A stretch of DNA of 64,000 bases from the human T2T-CHM13v2.0 reference genome, Homo sapiens. Position numbers and translations under genes: made by a program. The first letter of the stretch is position 1, and each line of letters starts with the position of its first letter. Below are positions 40,964 through 54,815 of the stretch, piece by piece. Where the stretch lies: the NCBI RefSeq assembly GCF_009914755.1, contig NC_060936.1, one strand, 5' to 3'. The notes beneath the pieces are model-generated. The model was given only the letters and a program-made list of their open reading frames with translations, did not search any database and was not told the DNA's origin.

Positions 40964-41779
40964 TCTATCTAACTGTATGATTTTACCCATTAACCAAGCT
41001 CTCTTCATTCCCCAGCCCTCCCACCAGCACACCCCCTTTCCAGTCTCTGGTATCTATCATTCTACTCCTCTACCTCTATGTGATCAATTTTTTAAGTGCC
41101 CACATATGAGAACATGCAGTAAGATATTTTGACCCTCTGTCTTACAGACCATGAGCCTAAGGTGCTTTAAGGATGCCTACGTGCAAGTAGCCTTGAGATA
41201 AAGCTGTCTTCCTTCTGTCTCGCTCTGCTCAGGCAACACCTCTCTCCACGCCTGAGGACCACAGTGACCCCTACTGTCTCCTTCCCACCCCCTACGCCCC
41301 CAGGTTTAAAAGGAGAGAAGTGTCTGACCCCTGTGGGCAGCCAGATGGGGAAAAACAAATAACTCTGCCAAAGGGTCCTACAGGAGCAATTCTGAGAGAG
41401 CATAAAGTCATTATTTCATTCCAACTTGAAACAAAATGAAACACCCAATATCAGTGCATCAGAGAAATGCCTGGCCTAGAAAATCCACACCATTGGAATT
41501 ATTTTTCTTTCTTTTTTTCTTTTTCTCAATAATGTATCTCATTGGTAACACACCAGGAGAGAGAAACTGAATTAAGACCCTTTGTCACTCTTGGTTAATA
41601 CAGCATTCTTTTTCTACTTCACAGAACTAGCAATGAAAAGAATCCCACCTGTTAGGAAACTTCTGCTATTTACCTAGTTAGCTTGTGCTCAGTGCCATAG
41701 GAAATGTAAAAGTAAATGGCAGAGACTCTGCTCCCAACATCCCTTCTTTTTTTTTTTTTTTTTTGTAGAGCCCCTTCTA

Positions 41780-41945
41780 ATGTTAACGCATTTTAGCATT
41801 ATCACAGTTACCTGAGGAAAATACTGTTTTAAAACTCGTTTTACAGATGCATAAAACCAACGACCAGAGATGTTAAATAGCACACCTGAGGGCACACAAG
41901 TAATTTACAGAAACAGTATCTGAACCCAACTATAGATACCTCAGA
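41780..41945 (-). mobile_element. MIR
   Basis: ttttacagatg...agagatgttaaatagcacacctgagggcacaca. Confidence 0.65.
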
Positions 41946-42821
41946 TTCTGGGATTTCCGGCTTCATGTCCTACAGCTTCCATAATGACACATAGCAGAAG
42001 GAAGGAATGACAGCAGAATTCAGCAGAAGTTCACCTGAAGTTATTAGGAATGGGGAAAGTTGTCTTGAAAGCAGCTGAGTTTCTGTTAGCAATTGCAAGA
42101 TGGGTGGGGGTTTGAATGTGCCTGAAGAGTACAGGGAGGTATATCTTAGGTACGAGAGAGTGAAAGCGGAGGAGGAAAGTGGATGTGGAGACCTGCGCAT
42201 GGGTTGTGAACACCCTAAGTGTGGAATGCTAGAAAGCCCCCAGGGTCGTCCCTCACAGATTATGAGGACAGGGACCATGAGACTGATGTGTGCCCGAGGG
42301 GCTCTGAGGACTACAGACACCAAGGATTCTGCCCTGCTGGGAATAAGCACATTAAAATAATTCAAACAGGGATAAGGCAGGGTGCAGAGAGAAAGTCACT
42401 TTGCTGAAATGTTATTAAAACAGGTTATAGAAAAATGTTTGTCATATCCTTAAAATAACTTAATCATGTAGGTAGTTTGTAATAAACGTTCCTAGTAAAA
42501 AATTAACATGCTGCAGAGAAAGCACACGCTCCTCGGGTCACCGCTTCACTCCCCTGGGACCTGATGTAACTATCATGATCAATGTCATGTACAGCCTTCC
42601 AGATCTTCTCCTGAGGTTTTGCTAACATATTTACCCACGGATAGGAATTGGAGCATATAATGTTTTTGTCTTTGCTTCCTTACAAAATATCATACTGCAT
42701 GGTTATTTAATAATGTACTTTAGCACTCAAAAATATGGCTTAGGAGTTTTTTTCAACATCTGTATTTGTAGCTTTTTTTTTTTTCCCAACTGCCTCAAAG
42801 TATTTCATGGAGAGATAACGG

Positions 42822-43122
<301 letters not shown>

Positions 43123-43678
43123 AGAGATATAAAGTTTTATCAGCCACTTCTGTCAATGATAGACACTGGTTATTTCCAACTTTTCAGTCCTGCCAACAAT
43201 GATGGGATGTGTTTCTGGGTCTCTCCGTTATACATGCATGTGCGTTTTTCTCAAGGTATTAGAAGAGGTTGACTTGAAAGGCTAGAGGGCTTACTTATTA
43301 AATAATTCAATAGATACTACCGAATAGTTACCGCACTGTAACTATGCCAATTCAACTTCCACCAGCAGACAGTAATAACCCATAATTCCCCACACCTGGC
43401 CAAGATTTGCTATTATTGGATGGTTCATGATTTTAATGGGCTTTCTGTTAACTGTTAGTGAATGTATTAGTCCATTTTCTCGCTGCTGATAAAGACATAC
43501 CCGAGACTGGGCAATTTACAAAAGAAAGAGGTTTAATTAGACTTACAGTTCCACGTGGCTGAGGAGGTCTCACAATCATGGCAGAGGGCGAAAGTCACTT
43601 CTTATCTGGTGGCGACAAGACAGAAAATGACGAAGAAGCAAAACTGGAAACACCTGATAAATCCATCCGATCTCATGA

Positions 43679-44990
43679 TGAGAGGTGACAGAATGCTGGC
43701 AGCCCTCGCAGCCCTCACTCGCTCTGAGCACCTCCTCGGCCCTGGTGCCCACTCCAGCTGCACTTGAGGAGCCCTTCAGCCCACCGCTGCACTGTGGGAG
43801 CCCCTTTCTGGACTGGCCAAGGCCGCAACCCGCTCCCTCAGCTTGCGGGGTGGTGTGGAGGGAGAGGCATGGGCGGGAACCAGGGCTGCGCGCGGCGCTT
43901 GCGGACCAGCGAGAGTTCCGGGTGGGCGTGGGCTTGGCGGGCCCCACACTCCGAGCGGCCGGCCGGCGCTGGCGGCCCCGGGCAGTGAGAGGCTTAGCAC
44001 CGAGGCCAGCAGCTGCGGAGGGTGCGCCGGGTCTCCCTAGCAGTACTGGCCCACTGGCGCTGCGCTCAATTTCTCGCCGGGCCTTAGCTGCCTCCCCGCC
44101 GGGCAGCGCTCGGGACCTGCAGCCCGCCATGCCTGAGCCTTCCCCCCTCCCACCATGGGCTCCTGCGCGGCCCGAGCCTCCCCGACAAGCGCCGCCCCCT
44201 GCTCCAGGGCGCCCAGTCCCATCGACCACCCAAGGGCTGAGGAGTGCCGGCGCACGGCGCGGGACTGGGAGGCAGCTCCACCTGCGGCCCTGGTGCGGGA
44301 TCCACTGGGTGAGGCCAGCTGGGCTCCTGAGTCTGGTGGGGACGTGGAGAACCTTTATGTCTAGCATTTATTGATTGTAAATACACCAATCAGCACTCTA
44401 TCTAGCTCAAGGTTTGTAAACACACCAATCAGCACCCTGTGTCTAGCTCAGGGTTTGTGAATGCACCAATCTACACTCTGTATCTAGCTACTCTGGTGGG
44501 GACTTGGAGAACCTTTACGTCTAGCTCAGGGATTGTAAACGCACCAATCAGCACCCTGTCAAAACGGACCAATCAGCTCTCAGTAAAACAGACCAATCGG
44601 CTCTCCTTAAAATGGACCAATCAGCAGGATGTGGGTTGGGCCAGATGAGAGATTAAAGGCAGGCTGCGGGAGCCAGCAATGGTAACGTGTTGGGGTTCTC
44701 TTCCGCACCATGGTAGCTGTGTTCTTTTACTCTTTGCAATAAATCTTGCTGCTGCTCACTGTTTGTATCCACACTGTCTTTGTGAGCTGTAACACTCACT
44801 GCAAAGGTCTGCAGCTTCAAGCCAGCGAGACCACGAACCCACTAGCAGGAAGAAACTCTGAACACATCTGAACATCAGAAGGAACAAACTTCGGACACGC
44901 TGGCCTTTAAGAACTCTAACACTCACCATGAGGGTCTGCAACTTCATTCTTGAAGTCAGTGAGACCAAGAACCCACCAGTTCCGGACACA
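43679..44990 (+). mobile_element. LTR12C-like solo LTR (ERV9), complete
   Basis: tgagaggtgacag...ttccggacaca. GC/CpG-rich U3, tandem caccaatcagcac repeats, 4-bp TSD atga. Confidence 0.96.
44380..44745 (+). promoter_or_regulatory. LTR12 enhancer/promoter: 7 CCAAT boxes, degenerate TATA-equivalent, AATAAA
   Basis: ccaat at ~44386, 44425, 44466, 44544, 44569, 44593 and 44617; attaaa near 44652; aataaa near 44738. NF-Y dependence of ERV9 LTRs is established; activity at this locus is not shown. Confidence 0.65.
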
Positions 44991-45349
44991 ATGAGACTTA
45001 TTCACTATCATGAGAATAGCGTGGGAAAGACCAGCCCCATGATTCAATTACCTCCCACTGGGTCCCTCCCACAACACGTAGGAATTCAGGAAGACACAAT
45101 TCAAGTTGAGATTTAGGTGGAGACACAGGCAAACCATATCAGTGAGTTTCATTATATTTTCGTATTTAATGGCCATTTGCATGTCTGTTTCTATAAATTG
45201 CTGGTACATTCTTTTTTGCCGTAACAGTTATCAAACTGATGGACTAGTATTATCCTAGGGTCAGATAGTAGCTAAAACTGTTGTGATACAAAACTATGTG
45301 AGAAATGGTCTTTGTGGGAAGCAGTAAGAAGATGTCATGATGATTCATA

Positions 45350-45565
45350 TTTGATGGGCGTTTGTTATGTGTGGAACATTCTGCAAACTGATTTATAGAT
45401 GTGGGTCCCTACGTGAATTCCAACAGCAGCCTGGGGAGGGAGATGCTATGATCTTCATATTAGAGATGACAAAACTGAAGCTCAGAGATGTAAACCTACT
45501 TGTCTAGGGGCAGCGTTGGGAAGCAGTAAAAGCAGTATTAAAACCAGGGCCCTGCTCTTAACCTG
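45350..45565 (-). mobile_element. MIR
   Basis: tagagatgacaaaactgaagctcagagatgtaaacctacttgtc. Confidence 0.7.
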
Positions 45566-45654
45566 CCCTGTCTGCAATGCCCTTAGCAACCTAACTGACA
45601 CCAAGGGACTAGGGAATGAGCAGGGATAAAGTCTCCAATAATTATAAGAAATCA

Positions 45655-45834
<180 letters not shown>

Positions 45835-45879
45835 TTCTATCTTCTCAATGATTTTTAACTTTTATGAAGTCTTCTTAAC

Positions 45880-46300
45880 TCTAGTTGCACGCTTTATTAT
45901 AAAGATTATTTTGTCAAATATTTTTCTGGACACACAATCTTTCTTTGGTATTGTTTGCATGGTATAATTTTTTCAATCTTTATCTCTGTTTTAAGTGAAT
46001 CTCCTATAAATATCATTTCATTTTAATTCAAAGGGGCATTTATTTTTGTTTAATCGTTAGATTCAGTCTCCTTATATGTAATGCAATTCTTAATATATTT
46101 GGGCTGTCAACTTATTCTGCTTTTGTTTTTCTGTGTCTTGCCTGTTTTTTCTTATTTCAAATGAGAAAATGTTTACTTACATATTTTTTCTATGAATTAG
46201 GAAATTATAAATAATGTTACCACTCTGAAGTAATTACCATAGAGATTTCAATATGGATAATTGACACATTAAATGTTGTATTTATTGAGACTTTTCTTCT
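45880..46300 (-). mobile_element. Old L1M fragment
   Basis: tttctttggtattgtttgcatggtata...ttaagtgaatctcctataaatatcat. Confidence 0.5.
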
Positions 46301-46399
46301 GTCTCAAAAAAAAAAGAAATCATGAATTTAAGAAGCTGAAAATTTTGCGCTGGTTGCCTGATGTAACTTAAGATTCATTTTTTACTATATAGCCCAAGA

Positions 46400-46620
46400 G
46401 TCAGAATACACTACCAATACATACCAGGTTAAAACTTGAGTTCAAATCCTAGCTTTATTATTATCAAGCTGTGTGGCTTTAAGCAAATCACTTGCCCTCT
46501 CTGAGCCTGTTAATGCACAAATTAAATGAGAATAATTTTTGAGCTTACTAATTCTAAGGCATTTGTGCAGATGACCAAAAAAAAAAAAAACACAGAATAA
46601 AGCATTGAACATATAGCCTC
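46400..46620 (+). mobile_element. MIR
   Basis: gagttcaaatcctagct...gctgtgtggctttaagcaaatcacttgccctctctgagcct. Confidence 0.75.
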
Positions 46621-47270
46621 GTTGTGACATGCATCATTAGTACTTGATATGGTTGGCCATGATCGTTACACATCAACAGCAGCTGAAGGGGTGTTTATGA
46701 AGCTTGCTGGGCTGCGTGCAGAAACCCACATCTGACTCGTGAGTGAAGAGAGGCTGCAGGTGAGAAGGGAATGATCCAAACACCCAGATGTCACAAAGAA
46801 TTTATCATTTCTGATCCCTTTCAGCCTGAGCACCAAAATGTCATAAAATGTGAAGCTTCGTTTTTAATCTTTGCCTCCACTAACCTCACTTCGGCTTCTC
46901 CGTAATACATCAGACAGGCTTCCTTGAGAAAAGGCAGTCTATTTGCAGCCAGTCATGCCTGTCCCTCCTCGGATCCCACTTTTGTCTCACTCCTGCAAAA
47001 TCTCGTGCCCTCAATTTCTAAAGCCCTAGTCATGGAAGGATTGCATGACTGGGTACATTTTGTTCTTCTCCGCCACCCATCCCACAACAAAACCTGTAAA
47101 TTTCTTTCAATCCCTTTGTTCCCAAAACTAAAGGAGACTTCATATTGTAGCCTTGAAAGGTGACATTTGCAAATCAGCAAGCACCCTAGGCATAAGAGAT
47201 TGCTCCGGGAGCATATGCCTCTCCCTCCATCTCATTTCTGGTCTGGGAAAAAACATGCCTCTCTCATGAT

Positions 47271-47280
47271 CACATGCACG

Positions 47281-47320
<40 letters not shown>
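47271..47320. repeat. (CA)n microsatellite
   Basis: Direct reading. Confidence 0.95.
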
Positions 47321-47323
<3 letters not shown>

Positions 47324-47664
47324 TACACAGACCTCTCACTGGCCATCCCCTGCACCTATTCTCTGCCATGCTGGCCTCTGCCCATCTTCCTGTAGCACAC
47401 TTTGCTTCCACATCACCAGGCATGAACTTTAATGCATATTAGCTCATTCTGGCTCACCTGGGCTTGTTTTCTTCCCAGAAAAAGTAAGCCAAGCCACCCA
47501 GGCCATGATTGATACCCTATAGGAACATTCCTTTCTTCGGACATCAAAAGTGGGAGCAGGCTAGAGAAGCCACCTCATGTCCTTTGCAGGATAATAGGGT
47601 CACCGCTGTACACCGAGTCCTCACTGTACCCACGCACGAGCTTGGGGGATGTTACAGAGATTCT

Positions 47665-47800
47665 TTCATTTAATATTCACCACAACCCTGTTTCACAGAC
47701 AGCATATTTAGCTCACTTTCTCAGTTAACGTCGTGGTCAGTGGAGTTGGAATTTGAACTCCAGCGGGCTAACCTACATGTGTGCTGTTTAGCCACAGCCC
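47665..47800 (-). mobile_element. MIR fragment
   Basis: tcatttaatattcaccacaaccctg...gtggagttggaatttgaactc. Confidence 0.6.
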
Positions 47801-48184
47801 CAGTCTTAGATCAGCTGTCTCATAAAGAGACCTTGGGATGAGAACTGGGCTTTCTCATGCCAGAATCATCAGTCACTGGCAGGGAGCCACTGTGGGGAGG
47901 GAGTAAACTCCCAGGCCCTCGAGCCTTTCTATGACCCTTCCTGGTGACAGTTGACGCAGTGGCCTGAAGGCACTCTTGATAGGAAAATAGCTGGGGCAGG
48001 CTTCAGAAGCCAAAGGGATCCAGGGAGAACTGAGTGAAGCACCAGATGTGATTCTCTCTGCAGAAGCTACTCCATTAAGGAAAGAAAAAACCATCCTGAG
48101 GTGAATCTGACAACGTAAAGCACAATTCCTAGAGGCCCTTAGCTGGTGAATACCTATGTGTCAGGAATCACAGCACCACCAAAG

Positions 48185-48270
48185 CATGGCGCCACCAACG
48201 CACGCCCAACACTCTGAGTCAGCTGACGCCACGTGATTCATGCTGATAAATGCCGGCACTTTCGCACTTT
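48185..48270. promoter_or_regulatory. Candidate enhancer core (overlapping AP-1/MARE, E-box, CRE-like and GATA motifs)
   Basis: tgagtcagctgacgccacgtgattcatgctgataa with locally retained CpGs. Motif-level evidence only. Confidence 0.4.
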
Positions 48271-48889
48271 TGCTTGAGTAGTAAATTATTTTTAAATACA
48301 ATCCCTATATGTATCCCGTATTGACACAGATGTAGAGGTATGTCTACATGCACATGCAGGCACACACCCCTGTGCAGATATCTCAGAGAGAAGCAACCTG
48401 CTCTGGATAAAGGAGGAATGAGGGTCTCATGTTAGAAGAACACCCTGCAATTCTCTTCCCCACGCCGGCCTCATTCCACTTGGTATATGTCCAATCACCC
48501 TCCTGGGACTGCTGGAATATTCCTCCTGTCTGTAGCTTCCTGATCACCTCCACTTTCCACAGGAATAATTAATTTCTGCTGTATTTCTGCCTAGAGCTTT
48601 TCAAATATGCTATTTAATTGTCTGCCTCAGGTGTTGTAAGTCACCAACACCTTGGCTCAATCCGGCCTAAAACACCAGTTTTTAGAATTGAAACAATGAG
48701 TATTGCTGCATCATAAACACCTTTAAATCTTTTTTCAGAATATTTTATAATATTTTGTTGCCTTTAGAAGGGAATATACTAGTTGGTGAAGCACAAAGCC
48801 TCACCACTTTCTACTGCCTTGTATGTGTTCTATTCATATCTTGTCATTACCTGCTCAAGGCCTGTGCACATTTAAATTTGCTGCTTCTC

Positions 48890-49030
48890 ATGTACATATC
48901 GGTCTCACTTGTTAGGCTGAGAGTTTGGAAATAGTAAGGAGTTTTGTCCTGTTTATGCTTTATGTCCTAAGTAATAAGCACAGTGGATGAATCTCAGTAG
49001 ATATTCAATAGCTTTTGTATTTGAATTTTT
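48890..49030 (+). mobile_element. L2 3' end fragment
   Basis: taggctgagagttt...agcacagtg...cagtagatattcaata. Confidence 0.5.
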
Positions 49031-49369
49031 AAATAATTTATCAGTGATTATAATTTTATTTACTGTTTCAATTATTAGAGGTCTAGTAGCTTCTGACTGG
49101 GCTCTCTAAAATCCAGCATGTGACAAATCTTGACAATGATGAATGTGTTTCAATCCTTGCACATTATAAGTTAAAAATATTTAGTGTCTGAGTCCCCAGA
49201 ATGAGCTAGACTCAGAGATCACAATTTATGCCAACCAAATTCCCAGAAACTATATAATAAACCAGGAAGGCCTTATATTCATTTGACACAAACCATATAA
49301 TTTATTACAATTGCAGCAAAAGAACAAGACTGCTACTATGTCTCTTTGACTCTCACCTGAATACTTGGG

Positions 49370-49451
49370 TATGTGTGTTTATAAATATGAGGGTGTGCAT
49401 GTGTGTATCTGTGAACATGTGTCTGTGTGTGTGTCTATATGAATGTGTTGT

Positions 49452-49482
<31 letters not shown>
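49370..49482. repeat. (TG)n microsatellite with degenerate 5' part
   Basis: Direct reading. Confidence 0.9.
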
Positions 49483-49484
<2 letters not shown>

Positions 49485-49737
49485 AGAGGATGGGATTTGG
49501 GGATAGGAAAACAGAGATGATGGTGAATAAATATTTTAAATTTTTACTTCTATTTATATATTTCTGACTTTCTTCTTTACAAAATTATAATGCTTGCTTA
49601 GTGTAAAAAAAAGTTTATTAATAAAAACAATACTTCTTTGTCCTACAATCTAGAAAGTCTCTCTATCCCAGTTTTAGCCCATGAGCTTTGAAAGATAGAA
49701 GCTAATATCAGAATTTACTAGTAGTTTTTAGAATTGA

Positions 49738-50055
<318 letters not shown>

Positions 50056-51036
50056 ATAAACATTTTTAAGACATGTTTGAAGGGGTCACAAAGATGATGT
50101 TCCTGACAGCCCAAGCATATCATCTATTTTGTACATTCTGTGCACTTCTGTTTTTACAAAAGCGACAAAGCTCTTATATTGAGAGATATAACTTTTATAT
50201 ATGAAAATAACATTTCTGTGTCCTATATCAATAAGTCGATGTAATCTCTGTCCCATTTTTAGCACCACACAACTTTGAAGCATAAGAATCCAATATTGAA
50301 GTTTATTAGCAGGTGCTCGTATTAGAATAATACATAATGCTGCATCTTAAAACAGCTGTGAATTTTTTGTGTTGTTTTTGTGCAACGTGGTGCTCCCGAG
50401 TACAGGGAAGAAACGACCCAGACTTCTGGGGTACAGTTATCACAACACATCCCTTCCAGCTCCTCCGGATGGGGACCCCTGGGGCCGCTCTCCTCTGCCT
50501 CTGCTGACAGATCCTTCACACAGGTCTGCCCTGCCAGAGGATCGAAACTGCACCCCACGTAAAGGAGAAACTCAGAGATCAGGCAAGAGTCCCAATGTCC
50601 CCTAAGGAGGAGCTAGCAAAGTTATGTCAATTTTACATTGAATTAGCAACTTACAGAAGAACGATGTATTGGAAATAAAAGTTTGTCGAAGTTATTTAGA
50701 AATGAAAGACAGAAAACTGCATAATATAAATAATTATGTGAAAAATGTAATTAACTCTGTGGGTTTCACATGTGAAATTGTTTAAAGCCCTTTACTTTTC
50801 TCTCTCTCTCTCTGCTCTTGAGGAAGATTGTTTGATGTAGTCAATAATATCCCATGAATTCTACTCTCCTAATTTTCTATTTAATGCGATCTACCCGCTT
50901 CAGAGTTGATGCTTTTTGTTATGTTGATTCTTTCAACCAAACTCCAAAGATAAAAGGTATTTTAGTTCAAAGAAATATGAAGTTCTTCTTTTAGTAAGTG
51001 GTGTATCAATGGCATATTTTCAGACAGGCAGCATGA

Positions 51037-51412
<376 letters not shown>

Positions 51413-52069
51413 CCCATAAATCAGCCTTTGCGATCAGATCTGGTGGTGTTTGTGTGTGGAGAGAAACACATTTGCATGGGTCTACAAATGTAGGGCCTAC
51501 GAAGAAGCCAAATACAGGGTAGAATTTTGCTCACAAGAATACAGGAAAATTGGCAAAAGGAAGATGAGTTCACTCAAGGTGTGTAAGTCATGGTAAGTTC
51601 AGTCCTGGTCACGTGCACTGTCACCGTGTGTTTTGTGCATTCTGTTTCCAGCACCCGCCCCACAACATTGCCTGTAGCCAACACAGCTGAGAAAGAAGGA
51701 GTTTAAGGGGCAGAGGGGGAGGGCTGGAGCCACCTTTGTCATTAACCCACCAGCCTCTTGGTCATTCCCACAGGGTGGAAACCTGAGAGGCCCAAGTTTG
51801 CTTGGCTGGAAGATGCACTAAATTTCCTTCCCCTAAATTCTGCTGAAACAGAATGTGAATCCTGTGCCCTCAGCATGCCTGGGGATCACAATTTGGTTTA
51901 AAGTGAAACAACTGTGTCCCTAAGTCCCTGAAAATCCATGCAGGGCAAGCTAAGAGTGCAGGTTTCATGCGGGGCAGGCTTGCATCCAATCCTGGTGTTG
52001 GGCCCCCTGCCTGGTGTGTCTGCTTACTAGTCCCCAGTTTTCTTATTTATATTCATAGAGTAACAACAC

Positions 52070-52557
52070 TGAGATAGCAAACGGCACTCAACTATAGAGG
52101 TGGGGCTTGGACACAGGACCAAATTGAAGACTAGCTAACACAGGGCGGGGCTGGAAGAAGCTTTCCATAGGACATGTTCATCAGTGCGCCATGTCAGTTT
52201 ACTGTTGCCATGGCAACACCTGGGCGTTACTGCCCATTTCCATGGCAATGACCTAGTGACCCGGAAGTTACCAGCCCTTTTTAAATAAATTTCTGCATAA
52301 TCTGCCCCTTAATTTGCATATAATTAAAAGTGGATATAAATACGACTGCAGCACTGCCTCTGAGCTGCTGCTCTGGACGCACTGCCTGTGGGGGAGCCCT
52401 GCTCTGCAAGGATCAGTGCCTCTGCTGCTGCTGTGCACGCCGCTTCAATAAGAGCTGCTGTCTCACACCACCAGCTCACCCTTGACTTATTTCCTGGGTG
52501 AAGCCAAGAACCCTCCCAGGCTAAGCCCCAATTTCAGGGCTTGCCTGCCCTGCATCA
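52070..52557 (+). mobile_element. ERV1 solo LTR, MER66-like, inserted in a MIR (MIR pieces ~51975-52069 and 52558-52650)
   Basis: tgagatag...ggaccaaattgaagactagctaa...gaagccaagaaccctccc...ccctgcatca. Confidence 0.75.
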
Positions 52558-53861
52558 CTACTGCCAGTGTGAAGGTTAACTGTGAGCATGTCTGCAGACT
52601 TTATCCCCTGTCACTTAGGAAGTGTCCATAAATGACACCTATTACTGTTGTGGTTTGCAGAATCACCATCTGCATTTGCTTAAAGTAGTACACAATATTT
52701 AAGGCATCATTAAAAATCCTGTGCTATTTAGTCATTACTGACATCTGTAAATCTCCCGTTTCACAGACAAGTAAACTTGGGGTCCAAGTCAAAGCTGTGC
52801 AGCCAACAGTGACTATGCTGAGCTCACTTTTCTGTTCTAAAATCACACATACTGCATCAAATCAACTTCATAGGTAGGCCGAGACCCAGCTTTCCCAGCC
52901 CAACATGTCCATGTGTGTGTAAAACTGAAAAAACAAGGAGCAACAGGTGAAGAGAATACTCCTGGAAACAGCTGGAAATAAATTAATTTCCTTGAACCTC
53001 AGGGTAAACCTGAGCCCATCTTTCTCTCACCCCTCTGTCATTAGCAATTACATAGAGGCCACTTGTAAGAGCCACACAATGGTGGCTATAGCTTGGATAC
53101 AAAGGGTAGGTGTGTTTTGTTTCATGCTGGCAGCATGTTTCTAACTTTCTATTGTTGAAAATGTCACACACATTCAAATGTAGAGAGAATAGTATCATAA
53201 CCTCTAAAGTACCCACCATTCACCTTAAATCATTATCAACTGCTAGCCAGTGTCTTCATAGAATTTTCTCAAACCATATAATTGGCAAACGTTTGATTTG
53301 AAAACAACAAAGCAACCTTGGCAATTATATATTGGCTTGATGCAACTGCTTCATGAATTTATCTTATTCATTTGGTTTCCAAAGGCATCTGAATTTCAGA
53401 GCTTAAGACTTCTTCAGATGCTTCTTGAGATACAAGGAACGGTTCCTAGTCTTGCAGAGCCTATTATCAATTAGCTTTAAAATGTGAAAGCAAAATTAAA
53501 ATAAGCTATAGACAGAGCTAACCTCTGTACTCACTGCATCACAGAAGAGAGCACCATCACTCTGCCTCAGGTAGTCCACATGGACACAGTGGAGGAGATG
53601 ACCCATGCTAGGCATTAGAAGAAGCAGAGTTTTGCAGCAATCGGGAAAGGTAGAGGCTCTCAGTGAGAAAGGCTGCACTTAGCAGAGCACCGTGGGCAGA
53701 AGACATTACACAGACAGCCCTCAACTCACACAGCTCTGGTCCCAGCATTGCCAGAGTCAGGTTTCAGCAAAGAGTTCATTTTCCAAACCCTAGGATCCCC
53801 AAGATCCCTAAGGTGACTCCACTTATGGGACTGGAATCCCAGTTCTCTACTCCATCTGTAG

Positions 53862-54167
<306 letters not shown>

Positions 54168-54169
54168 TT

Positions 54170-54815
54170 ACTGAATCTTACTACTTCTATCTCCTTGGCT
54201 ACCTCTCAAATCTACTTCCTGATCTCTATGCCACCTCCTTAATCTGAATTCAAGCTGCAACCATCTCTTCCACAAATTATTGCAATGGCTTTCCCACAGG
54301 GCTCCCTGCCTCTACTCTTGAGCATGACAGTCTTTCCTCCCTGCTGCAGGGTGGAATATACACCTGTATCATAGCCCTCCACCCTTAGAATGAAATGTAC
54401 ACTCCTCTGTCTGGCTGCAGGTCTCCTCATGAACCAGCATCCAGCAGCTCCATCAGAGGTCATCTCTCCCAACATCACACTGGGAGTCTCCTGCTTTGTC
54501 TCCATTCTGAGCCTCTGCACAGGCTGTTCCCTCTGACGACCCTGCTTTTCTCTTGTCCCACACACTCCAGTCTCTGCTGACAAGTCACTGATTCTGGGCT
54601 ACCCAACCTAACTCCAGCGTATGGAAGCCTCTGTGCTGTGTGCTTCTAGATCACCCTTCCTTAACACCACATTTTATCCTATTACCCATTTCACTCTGTC
54701 TTTCACTGTAGCTTGTGAGCTCTTGAAAGGAAAGGACATCTGTCCCATTCACCATGATAAGCCAGCATTAAGGGTGATGCCTTACGAGGAGATGAATGAA
54801 GACGTAAATGAATGA
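54170..54815 (+). mobile_element. L2 3' region
   Basis: caagctgcaaccatctc...tgcacaggctgttccctctg...tgtgagctcttgaaagg...gatgaatgaa. Confidence 0.75.

Larger units (their letters stand above)
43463..45141 (-). mobile_element. THE1 solo LTR split by LTR12 (43463-43678 and 44991-45141)
   Basis: tgtattagtcc...gatctcatga | atgagacttattcactatc...ccatatca. TSD gtgaa/gtgag. Confidence 0.93.

Noticed and set aside
43576-44389. Longest ORFs (263 aa minus, 229 aa plus, and overlapping frames)
   Set aside because: They lie within the GC-rich LTR12 U3, where stop codons are rare. They are open on both strands, Pro/Ala/Arg/Gly-biased and have no recognisable domain.
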